This document shows, in pieces, positions 48,030-57,307 of a DNA stretch of 64,000 bases; the stretch's first letter is position 1; each line of letters opens with the position of its first letter. The position numbers and the translations under genes are program-made. The notes under the pieces were generated by a model. That model was not told where the DNA came from, made no database searches, and was given only the letters and a program-made list of their open reading frames with translations. Origin of the DNA: an uncultured delta proteobacterium. Its GTDB lineage: Bacteria > Desulfobacterota > Syntrophia > Syntrophales > UBA2185. The DNA lies in NCBI GenBank assembly GCA_963695875.1, contig CAVOID010000012.1, positions 32,001 through 96,000 on the forward strand. Reading direction: 5' to 3'.

Positions 48030-48275
48030 TTATCCAAAATAAACTGATTTGCTCACTACACAGGGTTGGTCTAAATCAACCGTTATTGGTTTAATTCTTT
48101 TTAATTCTTCAATATTCCATTTGTCGTCTTTTTTCAAAAGGTCCAGGGCTTCGTCTTCAGAATTGGCCAGTACAATTACCTCGGCCTGCATATAATTGTC
48201 ATCGTATATATGAGGTTCATTGAACATTGACCAACTGGAAAATTTCTTGCTGTGCCTCCAGATGAAGATCTTCAT
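48030..48275 (-). CDS. Small hypothetical protein
   Basis: ATG 48275 after TAGGAG; MKIFIWRHSKKFSSWSMFNEPH... 81 aa. Confidence 0.65.
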   Translation of the reverse strand: MKIFIWRHSKKFSSWSMFNEPHIYDDNYMQAEVIVLANSEDEALDLLKKDDKWNIEELKRIKPITVDLDQPCVVSKSVYFG

Positions 48276-48311
48276 AAAAGTTTCTTCTCCTAATTTTGTT
48301 GCAAAAAAAAA

Positions 48312-48391
48312 TCGAGGATTCAAGTGACCAAGAGTTTTAATATGCATTTCACTCTACTCCTCGACACCTTGACGCCTTGAATCCTTGAATA
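48312..48391. repeat. Inverted array of degenerate 8-mers (same family as 19187-19279)
   Basis: GATTCAAG TGACCAAG ... CTCGACAC CTTGACGC CTTGAATC CTTGAATA. Confidence 0.6.
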
Positions 48392-48433
48392 CGCCGGCAA
48401 CTTTTTCGGGGATTATCCATATTTGCGGAGAAT

Positions 48434-48772
48434 CTATTCGGGCTTTTTATATTGAGGGCATAGTTCGGATGAGCCGGGTTTGTATTCCCTGCATACCTTT
48501 GGCCTGTCTTCGTAAATAGTGCAGGTATAGTATGTTCCTTCCCATTGGAGAAAAGGACAGGTGAACAATATTTTTCCATTTTCTGACGATATGACAATAT
48601 CCCCTGCCCATACGGACTTTGAATGTTCCATGATGCGGAATATTTCCTGCTTCCCTTCGCGTCTCCACCTTTTCATATCTTCTTCCGTAGCGGGAACGTA
48701 TGCGGTAAGGCAGCATTTCCCGCATCGCTTGCACGTCATTGAAGGTGACTTGTTGTTTTCCTTTTGCTCCAT
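48434..48772 (-). CDS. YkgJ-family Cys-cluster (CxxCxxCC) protein
   Basis: CKRCGKCC, CPFL, CTIYEDRPKVCREY. Confidence 0.88.
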   Translation of the reverse strand: MEQKENNKSPSMTCKRCGKCCLTAYVPATEEDMKRWRREGKQEIFRIMEHSKSVWAGDIVISSENGKILFTCPFLQWEGTYYTCTIYEDRPKVCREYKPGSSELCPQYKKPE

Positions 48773-48784
48773 GTTTCACAAACA

Positions 48785-49951
48785 TCAAACAGCTCGTAAA
48801 GCATCGACAATATACATGCGCGAGGCCCTTATGGCAGGCAGAACGCCGCCGATGAATCCCATAATAATGGAGAATAATACAGCTTTGTAAATGATATCAA
48901 AGGTGAGGGTAAAAGTGAAAGCAAGTTCCGAGAAGGTTTGGAAATTCATTGTTGATATGGTTATAAGTTGCATAAAGGAAGCAAAGAAGAGACCGACACA
49001 CCCGCCGGTAAAGCCAAGGATAAGGGATTCCATGAGGAAAGCCATCATAATACTCCGTCTTCTAAAACCAAGAGCACGAAGCATTCCGATTTCACCCGTA
49101 CGGCTGGCAACCGCTGCGTACATGGTTATCATGGCGCCAATAATGGCTCCCAGGGAGAAAATTATCGTGAGAGACCAGCCAAAGATACGGAGAAACTTCG
49201 CCATCATTTCCGACTGGTCTCTGTAATATTTGGTTTCCCGCTTTGCTTCCAGGGAAAGACGCGGATCGTTTTCGATGCGTGCCCTGACTATATCAAATTC
49301 CTTGGAGTTGCGTAATTTAAAAATGACGGATGAATATACGGGTCTGCGGAATGCCTGCATGCACTGATCCACATCACCCCATATTTCGGAGCTGAACCCC
49401 GTTGCCCCCGCATCAAAGATTCCCACTACTCTCCAGTTTCGTAATCCGCTGTAGATAGTGTCATTGATTCCTGTATTCTGGAAACCCCTGTAGATACTTT
49501 TGCCTACAATTATCTCCGATGAACCGAACCGTGGAAGGCGTCCCTCGACAAGTCTTACCTGAGGCCTGAGGGACACGGAATTCGGACCGATACCCCTCAT
49601 TACAACATTAGAGGGCTTGCCCGTAGCACGCTTGTTGAGACTGATAAGAACGACAAGCTCTTTGGCAACCATATTATGGCCGTCCATACCGACAGCTATC
49701 TCAGGTTGGGTTTCCACAACGGATGCCTTCTCCCTTTCTACCCCGCTCTGGACCTCGGCGGCAGATCCTTTGCGGATTATAACAACGTTGTCGTAAGAGC
49801 CTGTATCCACGAGTGTCTTCTGCAGCCCCTCTGCCAGCATCAGGATTGCAGCGAAGACGAAAACTACAAGGGCCATGCCGCCGGCTGTGAGAACCGTAGT
49901 CAGGCGTCTTGTCATGAGGTTGCGTATGTTATAGGAAAAAGGAATCGCCAT
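48785..49951 (-). CDS. ABC transporter permease (MacB/FtsX family)
   Basis: EGRLP, WRVVGIF, RTGEIGMLRALGF, PAIRASR. Confidence 0.92.
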   Translation of the reverse strand: MAIPFSYNIRNLMTRRLTTVLTAGGMALVVFVFAAILMLAEGLQKTLVDTGSYDNVVIIRKGSAAEVQSGVEREKASVVETQPEIAVGMDGHNMVAKELVVLISLNKRATGKPSNVVMRGIGPNSVSLRPQVRLVEGRLPRFGSSEIIVGKSIYRGFQNTGINDTIYSGLRNWRVVGIFDAGATGFSSEIWGDVDQCMQAFRRPVYSSVIFKLRNSKEFDIVRARIENDPRLSLEAKRETKYYRDQSEMMAKFLRIFGWSLTIIFSLGAIIGAMITMYAAVASRTGEIGMLRALGFRRRSIMMAFLMESLILGFTGGCVGLFFASFMQLITISTMNFQTFSELAFTFTLTFDIIYKAVLFSIIMGFIGGVLPAIRASRMYIVDALRAV

Positions 49952-51109
49952 TCAGCCTATCCTCCTTAGGCCATCGGCAATACGGATCATGATGGCCCTG
50001 TGGGTGGGAAGAATGGCCGCTATGAGACCAACGGCAGTGGCGGCGGCAAGATCGAAGATGATGGTCTTAGGCTCAACGTAAAAAATGGGGAAGAATAAAA
50101 CCAGAGTGTTACCGAATATTTTCGCCGCAGGGAAGGTTGCCGCAATTCCGAGGGCGCATCCGAGTGTTGTGATCACGAGGGATTCACCGAAAATCATTGC
50201 TGCGATGTGCCAGCCGCCGAAACCGAGGGTCTTCAGGACAGCGTATTCCCCGATCCTCTCCCTGGTGGTCATGATCATCGTGTTGGCTAAAACAGCGAGG
50301 ATGATAATAATTACGACGAAAGAAACTACCTTTATTGCTGTTACAATAGCTTCCGTCATGGAGATGAAGGTCAACGCGAAGGCTTTTTCCGTCTCCGTGA
50401 GTGTTTCCGCCAGAGAGTTTTTAAATAAGCTGTCTATAGATATGGCGACATCAGCCGCTAGGTCCGGATGCGTTACTCCGATCATATAAAAGCCAACCTG
50501 ATCGGCACGCCGGGGTATGGTCTTTTTCATGGTTTCGTTGAGGTAATCCCAGTGAAACATAAACTGCATCTCATCTACAGTCTTATCTTTTCCATGATAG
50601 ATGCCCCGGAGTACAAAATCCCAGTTGCCCGGGAAAATAGTACCCTTCAGGGTAACGGTAGTACCCATCTTCCATCCATATTTATCGACCAGCTTCTGAC
50701 CGGCTATGAAACCCTTCCGATCTCGCAGGAAGGATGCAGTCTCATCGGGCAGAAGGATAAATTCAGGATAGAGGTCAAGATAACTCCTGGGCTCGACGGC
50801 GAAGTTTGCGAAGAAATTTTTCTCATCGATATAGAGGCCACCAAACCAGTTGCCGTATGATACTATCTTCACGCCGCTTACCTGGCGGATTTTATCTTTG
50901 TAGGAGATGGGAAGGGGAAAAATAAGGGATATGGCGTTCCTGGTTACAAGGCGCCCGGCTGATGATGCCTCCACGCCCGCATACCAGGCACTGACCATGG
51001 TACGCAGCATGCCGAATGCAAGGATGGCAATAGCAATACCCAGGATTGTGAGTCCCGTTCGTAATCTATGGCGAAAGGCATTTCTAAAGAGAAGTTTGAG
51101 AATTAGCAT
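49952..51109 (-). CDS. ABC transporter permease (MacB/FtsX family)
   Basis: RNAFRHRLRT, ERIGEYAVLKTLGF, 4-TM topology. Confidence 0.92.
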   Translation of the reverse strand: MLILKLLFRNAFRHRLRTGLTILGIAIAILAFGMLRTMVSAWYAGVEASSAGRLVTRNAISLIFPLPISYKDKIRQVSGVKIVSYGNWFGGLYIDEKNFFANFAVEPRSYLDLYPEFILLPDETASFLRDRKGFIAGQKLVDKYGWKMGTTVTLKGTIFPGNWDFVLRGIYHGKDKTVDEMQFMFHWDYLNETMKKTIPRRADQVGFYMIGVTHPDLAADVAISIDSLFKNSLAETLTETEKAFALTFISMTEAIVTAIKVVSFVVIIIILAVLANTMIMTTRERIGEYAVLKTLGFGGWHIAAMIFGESLVITTLGCALGIAATFPAAKIFGNTLVLFFPIFYVEPKTIIFDLAAATAVGLIAAILPTHRAIMIRIADGLRRIG

Positions 51110-51788
51110 CGCTCAGAAAACCCTTTTCCAGATGCCGGATGACTTTTGCTCTCTTGGCTGCACGGGGGTCATGGGTAACCATGATTATGGTTTTACCGAA
51201 TCTTTCATTGAGATATTGTATCAGGTCGAGGACATCTTCTGCCGAGGCCCTATCCAAATCTCCTGTTGGTTCATCGGCTACCAGTATTGTAGGATCTGTC
51301 ACCACGGCGCGGGCGATGGCCACACGCTGCTGCTCACCGCCGGAGAGTTGTCCGGGATAATGATCCTTTCGATCAGCCAGATTGACCACGTTGAGGGCCA
51401 TCTCCGCATGCTCCAGCCTTTCTTTCCTTGAAAGCCCCGTCAAGTGCAGCGGCAGTTCCACGTTTTCAACGGCCGTCAGAACAGGGATGAGGTTGTAGAA
51501 CTGGAATATGAAGCCTACATGGGTGGCACGCCATCCGGCGAGTTCAGTTTCGGACAAGGATGAAATATCCACTCCGGCAACCCGGATCGTGCCGCTGTCG
51601 GCCTTGTCGATACCGGCAATCAAATTGAGAAGTGTGGTTTTTCCCGACCCGGAAGGACCCATGAGTGCCAGAAATTGTCCCTCGCCAATATTGAATGTGA
51701 TGTCATTGAGGACCTGCAAAACATAGTGATCGCGGCGGTAGGATTTGTTTATGTTTGAAATCTCAACGACCGATGTTTTATCTTCCAT
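51084..51788 (-). CDS. ABC transporter ATP-binding protein (LolD/MacB type)
   Basis: GPSGSGKT, GFIFQFYNL, LSGGEQQR, ADEPTGDLD, VTHD. Confidence 0.95.
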   Translation of the reverse strand: MEDKTSVVEISNINKSYRRDHYVLQVLNDITFNIGEGQFLALMGPSGSGKTTLLNLIAGIDKADSGTIRVAGVDISSLSETELAGWRATHVGFIFQFYNLIPVLTAVENVELPLHLTGLSRKERLEHAEMALNVVNLADRKDHYPGQLSGGEQQRVAIARAVVTDPTILVADEPTGDLDRASAEDVLDLIQYLNERFGKTIIMVTHDPRAAKRAKVIRHLEKGFLSDANSQTSL

Positions 51789-53005
51789 TACTTCTCAGCC
51801 ACTTTAATCTTTGATCCGTTTTTCAACTTATCAAGGGGCTTTAATACCACCTTATCGCCTGATTTCAGGCCGCTTAAGACCTCAATCATATCTCCAAACT
51901 GTTCCCCGACACTGACCGTCGTTTCCACAACTTCATCTCCCTTAACAAGAAAGGCGACGTTCTTGTTGCTGCGGTTGATAACAGCATTTCGGTCCAGTGC
52001 TGTGCGCGACTTCATTTCTTCCGGCTTTACGGGACGGGAGAGAAAGGCTACCTTGGCGCTCATCTCCGGGAGGATGCGTGGGTCATTGTCAATAAAAGCG
52101 ACTTTAACCATTATCGATGCCTTGCTTCTATCCGCTGTCGGTACGATTGTTTTAACAACTCCATTAAAGCGCGATTCGGGAAGGGCATCGAGCTGGATCT
52201 GACATGGTTGACCTGATTTTATAAGTGAAAGGTTGGATTCGGACACATCCGCTTCTACTTCTAGAGAGGTCATGTCTGCGATAGTAACCACGGCTGCCTT
52301 GGCGTTCGCAGCAGCCCCGAGTGGAGTAACTATATCGCCAATGTCGGCGTTTTTTGTGAGTACGACCGCATCGAATGGCGACCTGATTATAGCATAATCC
52401 TCAGCAACAGTTGCGCTTTTGAGGGCTGCTGAATTCACCTTTATGGTTGCTTCCGCGGAATCGACGACCGCTTTTGCTCTGTTGAAGCGAATTTCGGAGT
52501 TTTCATATTCGACGTGCGATATGGCTCCATTAGCAACCAGTCGTTTATTTCTGTTATAGGTAAGGGTAGCATCCTTCAATTCAGCTCGTGCCTGCTCCAG
52601 ATTTGCGTTAGCCACGCTAAGACTGGCCTTGGCCTGCTCGCGGGCAGCCCCGGTGTCTTCGTTTTCCAGACGGGCAATGACCTGCCCCTTCTTTACCAGG
52701 CTTCCTTCGGATACGTAGAGAGCGACAAGTCTGCCCGTAATTTTTGAAGCTACGGCAGCTTTACGCTGTGCCACAACGTAACCACTCGCGTTCAACAGGG
52801 TAAAAGTCTGGGAAGGATAAATTTGCGATACGCTGACTACCTCGACTGAGGTTGCAGGTACAATGATTCCCGTGAAATAGAGGATGCCTGTTAAGGCTAT
52901 CAAAATAATCGCTATGATAAAATACTTGAGCCGTTGATGCCACACTGGTCGGCTTGTTTTAAGAGTCTTATCTATTTTTAATTTTGAAAGGTCTTCTATT
53001 GCCAT
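51788..53005 (-). CDS. Periplasmic adaptor (membrane fusion) protein
   Basis: ASGYVVA, ITGRL..V.EG..VKKGQ, coiled-coil hairpin, IRSPFD, GLKSGDKVV. Confidence 0.92.
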   Translation of the reverse strand: MAIEDLSKLKIDKTLKTSRPVWHQRLKYFIIAIILIALTGILYFTGIIVPATSVEVVSVSQIYPSQTFTLLNASGYVVAQRKAAVASKITGRLVALYVSEGSLVKKGQVIARLENEDTGAAREQAKASLSVANANLEQARAELKDATLTYNRNKRLVANGAISHVEYENSEIRFNRAKAVVDSAEATIKVNSAALKSATVAEDYAIIRSPFDAVVLTKNADIGDIVTPLGAAANAKAAVVTIADMTSLEVEADVSESNLSLIKSGQPCQIQLDALPESRFNGVVKTIVPTADRSKASIMVKVAFIDNDPRILPEMSAKVAFLSRPVKPEEMKSRTALDRNAVINRSNKNVAFLVKGDEVVETTVSVGEQFGDMIEVLSGLKSGDKVVLKPLDKLKNGSKIKVAEK

Positions 53006-53054
53006 GGATCAAGGTTCTCTATTTTACTGAAAACAGAACAAGAAATCTTTGGTT

Positions 53055-53157
53055 GTCATTGCGGGCGGAGCGAAGCAATCTCTATTGTCTTGATTATATC
53101 TGAGATTGCCACGGAGCCAAATCTCCTTGCAATGACGCAAACAGAATTTTTCAAAGG
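53055..53157. repeat. REP/MITE-like palindrome
   Basis: GTCATTGCG..GCAATCTC ... GAGATTGC..TGCAATGAC followed by TTTTTCAAAGG. Confidence 0.8.
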
Positions 53158-53168
53158 ATTAAAAATTT

Positions 53169-53735
53169 CTAAAATCTCCGTCCCAGCTTCTTCGCCTTCT
53201 CCAAAAGGCTCTGAGGCATATGGGGGTTTCTCCTGGTATTCGGTTTCACAACTTGACCTACAAGCCTGTATCCCCCGTAACGGAGTATGGACCATACGGC
53301 GCTCGCTGCCCCCCGACTTCCTGCAGAGAAAAGATTAAAAGGCCACGGTGTACTGCAAGCGGTAACGATTATAGCAGGTTTGCCTTTCTGGCGGGGGAAG
53401 GGGACACCGCTTTGCTCTCCGAGGAATACCGGTACGTTTCGATCCATCAGAGTCTTCAACTGAGCGCTCATATTTCCCCAGTGCGTCGGCGTGCCGATTA
53501 TAAGCCCATCAGCTTTTTTCATCTTCTGTCCCACAGAATGGGCATCATCATGAGGCAGGGCGCAGGCCTTATCGGGCCGGCACTTCATGCAGGCGATACA
53601 AGGTTTCATTTTCATATCGTATACGTTGATCCACTCTACCTTATGTTTTTCGGATACACCTTCCTCGACTGCCCGGAGAAGTGTCGCGACCGTTCCCTTC
53701 TTTTGAGGACTGCCGTTAATTATGACTACGTTCAT
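53169..53735 (-). CDS. Iron-sulfur flavoprotein / flavodoxin-like FMN reductase
   Basis: INGSPQKKG, CIACMKC-x5-C, GTPTHWG, LKTLMDR. Confidence 0.88.
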   Translation of the reverse strand: MNVVIINGSPQKKGTVATLLRAVEEGVSEKHKVEWINVYDMKMKPCIACMKCRPDKACALPHDDAHSVGQKMKKADGLIIGTPTHWGNMSAQLKTLMDRNVPVFLGEQSGVPFPRQKGKPAIIVTACSTPWPFNLFSAGSRGAASAVWSILRYGGYRLVGQVVKPNTRRNPHMPQSLLEKAKKLGRRF

Positions 53736-53738
53736 GTT

Positions 53739-54806
53739 CTATTTAAGCAGCCCCCTTTCCTGGGCAATACGCATATATGTCTCTACCACATTGGCGGGGG
53801 GCGTATAACAATCCTTTTCATCTTTGCGGATAATATCGATGGCTTCACCACTGCAGGTAGTAACGCAGAGGCCACACCCTATACAGCGGTCGGGATCAAC
53901 TTCGGCAACATCATCCTGCATTTGAATGGCCTCCATCTGGCACCGTTCTGTACAGATTTCACAACCTATACAGTCTTCCTTGCGGATGCGGACATAATAA
54001 TTTGAATGGACGAGGGAAGAAGGATGAGGGAGCCGCTTGAGGCTTTTCAGTATCTGGCAGCAATCCCCGCAGCAGAGGCACATACTGTGGATTTTCTGGG
54101 CATTTGTTGGTTGCAGCACCAGGCCCTCCGCTTCGGCGGTTTCCAGAATTTTCAAGGCCTCTTCTCGGCTTATCGATCTCCCGAGTTGGTTGCTTTCATA
54201 AAAGTAGGCGGCGCTGGAAAAGATCAGGCAAGCCTCGGCGAGCTTACCACAGCCTTCCCCGATCATGGCATGCTCTTTCCGGCATATACAAGGTGCAACA
54301 ACAATCTTGCTCTGCTCTTCAATCAACTTACGTGCCTGTTCGTAGGGCATTACCGTTCCCTCACCTTCCAGGCTGGCCCCGATCGGTATGGTCCTCAGCT
54401 GGTGTGTCTTGAGCTTGACCGATGCATCGAGCAAATGCGGGATATATTCATTCATATCCCTGATAAGACCTTCATTCAGGTCATTGACATGGTACTCCCA
54501 TATCCCGACGACATACTGCATTGCCATATAGCGCTGGCCTTCCGGCAGGTCGGCGCGAAAGATCAAACCCTTGCGGGACATTTGGTATAGCTTTTCTGCG
54601 AGTTCATCGGGCGGAAGATTGGCCCTTTTTGCGATTCTCTCCACAGGCTCCGGCATCAGGCGCAAATGGAGCGCCAGGGTGGCTTCATCTTCGGTGAACA
54701 ATCGTTTAAGAATGCGAATCTCCACGCCGCTTTCCGTACGCGGGAAACCACCCGGGAGGTTATCTAAATGTGTGGCTAAACGTTCATAAACATCATTTTG
54801 CGTCAT
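53739..54806 (-). CDS. 4Fe-4S-binding protein with N-terminal HTH-like region
   Basis: APCICR, CLCCGDCC, two CxxCxxCxxxC ferredoxin motifs. Confidence 0.88.
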   Translation of the reverse strand: MTQNDVYERLATHLDNLPGGFPRTESGVEIRILKRLFTEDEATLALHLRLMPEPVERIAKRANLPPDELAEKLYQMSRKGLIFRADLPEGQRYMAMQYVVGIWEYHVNDLNEGLIRDMNEYIPHLLDASVKLKTHQLRTIPIGASLEGEGTVMPYEQARKLIEEQSKIVVAPCICRKEHAMIGEGCGKLAEACLIFSSAAYFYESNQLGRSISREEALKILETAEAEGLVLQPTNAQKIHSMCLCCGDCCQILKSLKRLPHPSSLVHSNYYVRIRKEDCIGCEICTERCQMEAIQMQDDVAEVDPDRCIGCGLCVTTCSGEAIDIIRKDEKDCYTPPANVVETYMRIAQERGLLK

Positions 54807-54823
54807 ATGTCCTATACCTCTCC

Positions 54824-54954
54824 GTCATTCCTATGAAAAACTGTGCAGAGTCCACAATGATTCGTGCCAAAAGCGTGGCAATCCTCTGACTTCAGGCGGG
54901 ATTGATTCGATAATTCACTCCCTCGCATGATTGCACAGTCTTCACGGGATTGAC
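54824..54954. repeat. Nested REP-like inverted repeat
   Basis: GTCATTCCTATGAAAAACTGTGCA ... TGCACAGTCTTCACGGGATTGAC arms enclosing a GGCAATCC..GGATTG core. Confidence 0.65.
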
Positions 54955-55041
54955 AAAAACATCATTTAAGCTAACTATTTTACCTATCAGCGTCAAGGAT
55001 TATTTGCTGGCTCTTTCGCAGAAAAGGCCGCGGAAACTGTG

Positions 55042-55743
55042 TTATTTAAGAAGTATATCCGCAAAGCGCTTCAGAGTTGCACCCGCTTCACCGATGGGAG
55101 GTGTATAGCGCCAGTTATTTGAATCCTCACCATCATGATTGATAATCCAATGTGTATAGTTCTCACCCATTCTAATCTCATCATAGGCCCTTGATGCGCG
55201 GATTTTCAGATCCTCCAAAACGTCAGGCGTAAGAAGTTTACCCTGCTGCTGCATGCGGCCGATGTGTTTGGGCAGCATAATGGCGGCTGTCGCTTCTTCA
55301 GGTGTTGCGAATCCCATGTTTTTTTGCAGGGCAATAATTTCATCCTCAGTAGCGGGACTGATAAAGACAGTAATTACGTCGAATTCAGCAGATGTCTTCT
55401 TTACGAGCTGATGATTCAGAAATAATTTGCCGAGGGTGGGGTATATTTCAAAAATTATAAGATCATGATTGGTAAACAGGTTTTGTATTTCTTGAAGATC
55501 GATAGCCTGCCAGATCGTGCGCGTCTGCCCTACGATGTAGCGATCCGGAGGAAAGGATCTGACTTCCTCCTCGGAACGAAAATAGTAGTCGATGCCTTCA
55601 GTTTCAATTGAGCGGGGGGCTCGACTGGTGTAAGGAATGGGCGTCTGAAAAGATATTCCGGGATAGACTCTCCTCACGGCTTTGATCAGAGGCGATTTTC
55701 CCACGCATGATGGACCCGATAAAATAATGAGACGTTTTTTCAT
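55042..55743 (-). CDS. Divergent guanylate-kinase-like P-loop kinase
   Basis: ILSGPSCVGKS, TSRAPRSIETEGIDYYF, TVFISP, IIN; lacks the usual FLE..V.GNYYGT segment. Start ATG 55743. Confidence 0.8.
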   Translation of the reverse strand: MKKRLIILSGPSCVGKSPLIKAVRRVYPGISFQTPIPYTSRAPRSIETEGIDYYFRSEEEVRSFPPDRYIVGQTRTIWQAIDLQEIQNLFTNHDLIIFEIYPTLGKLFLNHQLVKKTSAEFDVITVFISPATEDEIIALQKNMGFATPEEATAAIMLPKHIGRMQQQGKLLTPDVLEDLKIRASRAYDEIRMGENYTHWIINHDGEDSNNWRYTPPIGEAGATLKRFADILLK

Positions 55744-55801
55744 ATTCACAACCTTAGGAGCTGTCACGGAATAACTATTACATTCATGCATCTCATCTTC
55801 A

Positions 55802-55892
55802 GGTCATCTTTGCCCGATCCTCAATCGCAAAATCCTCGAAATAGCGCTGCTATTCCTACGGTTTTGCTATTGAGGATCAGCCAAATCTGACC
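55802..55892. repeat. Long imperfect palindrome (44-bp arms, 3-nt loop)
   Basis: GGTCATCTTTGCCCGATCCTCAATCGCAAAATCCTCGAAATAGC versus the reverse complement of the right arm: 35 of 44 identical by hand count. Confidence 0.8.
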
Positions 55893-56104
55893 CAAATCTG
55901 AGCGCCTTAACGCAACAGTTATTACGTGACAGCTCCTTGGAAAAAAAGCATTGTTAATATTTCTTTTATATATTAAATTTACTATCGTATTAATGTAACT
56001 TGTTGATTTAAAAAGGGCACTTAGCACGGTACTATGCTGTTGTAAACAAAAAAAAGCAGAAGCAAACTACCGGCGGCTTACGGTTCACTGGATAAGGCAA
56101 GAGC

Positions 56105-57304
56105 ATGATTACGATTAGCAGCTACTTACATCGGGCTGAATTGAGAGATATTATTAAGCGCTGGATGTATTCCGAAGCATATCCCTCCGATGCGGATTTA
56201 ATTACCCGTCTGGTTCATTTCAACAATGTTTACGTTTCCCGCTACCTGAAAATATTTTCCGAAAAGGTTTTTCGGGAATTACACCAGACCGATTTATACT
56301 CCAGGCCTGCTTTCTTAAAGAGCGACCTGAAAGATATGATCGTCACCAATCCACCTTACCGGAATGCGCGGATTGATGAATTAATCAATGGCTATCGCGC
56401 TGATCCGGGACGTTATTACCGGGAGACCCCATTCCATGCCACGCTATTCTTTGTTCGCCGCGGTGTGGTTGATGAGTATATAGGCTCCAAGAGAATAAAG
56501 CGCGTACACAGGTTGGCTGAGAAATCTGCCCGCAAGATTATTGATTGGATGTTCGATGCCATAAGGAGACATGCTGATTTACTCGCGGACGACCGCGCCC
56601 GGATGCTTGGTATCCCCCGACACCAACTTGTTACGCCTCAGGATGAAATGAACGAGGAATTCCAAAAGGCTGAGAACCGGTTGCTTGAAGATCTAAGACA
56701 AAAGAGGGAGATTCAAGATGCCGGAGATATGGTCATTAATGACGTGGCAGGGATGAAGGTGATTATTGAGGATTCAGAGCAGGAACGATTGTTTACCTTG
56801 CTTGAATATATGGAGGACTGCGAGATTGTTGAAAAACAAAGACACACCGGCAAGTACAATGCTACTAATCTGATTGTATCTTATAAACCGCCAGTCGAAG
56901 AGATACTTATTCAGCCTTTAAGCAAGAAGATCACCGACATCATGCAGATCCGGGGATTGAGCCCTGAGGAGTCAAATAGGGCGTTTTCCGAATTTGTACG
57001 TTCCGGTGAAGAAGATATTCATATGGAAATTATTGTTTCCGATTATGAGGAAATGCTGGAGAGCGAAATCGGCCGCTGCATGCATGAGGATCGGATCATC
57101 GAGCAGCGCTTGCGCCAGCAATATCGCGGTCACCTGGCAAAGAATATTGAGTACATCATGGAATATTCGTTTACGTTTCCCTCTTCACCACAGATTCAAC
57201 TGGGGGAATTACCGATCAAGCTCTGGAACAGATATCTGCCTGATTACTTTGAAATGGTTCTGAAATGTCTTTTCCAGATCCCGGAGAGTAGTATATTGGA
57301 GTAA
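56105..57304 (+). CDS. Hypothetical protein with divergent RelA/SpoT synthetase (nucleotidyltransferase)-like motifs
   Basis: RIKRVHRLAEK, INDVAGMKVII, GKYNATNLIV, EIIVSDYEEMLESEIGRCMH in RSH SYNTH order. Confidence 0.65.
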   Translation: MITISSYLHRAELRDIIKRWMYSEAYPSDADLITRLVHFNNVYVSRYLKIFSEKVFRELHQTDLYSRPAFLKSDLKDMIVTNPPYRNARIDELINGYRADPGRYYRETPFHATLFFVRRGVVDEYIGSKRIKRVHRLAEKSARKIIDWMFDAIRRHADLLADDRARMLGIPRHQLVTPQDEMNEEFQKAENRLLEDLRQKREIQDAGDMVINDVAGMKVIIEDSEQERLFTLLEYMEDCEIVEKQRHTGKYNATNLIVSYKPPVEEILIQPLSKKITDIMQIRGLSPEESNRAFSEFVRSGEEDIHMEIIVSDYEEMLESEIGRCMHEDRIIEQRLRQQYRGHLAKNIEYIMEYSFTFPSSPQIQLGELPIKLWNRYLPDYFEMVLKCLFQIPESSILE

Positions 57305-57307
57305 ACT

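Noticed and set aside
53220..54590. Long plus-strand ORFs (261 and 194 aa)
   Set aside because: They are antisense shadows of the flavoprotein and 4Fe-4S genes, with no motifs of their own.
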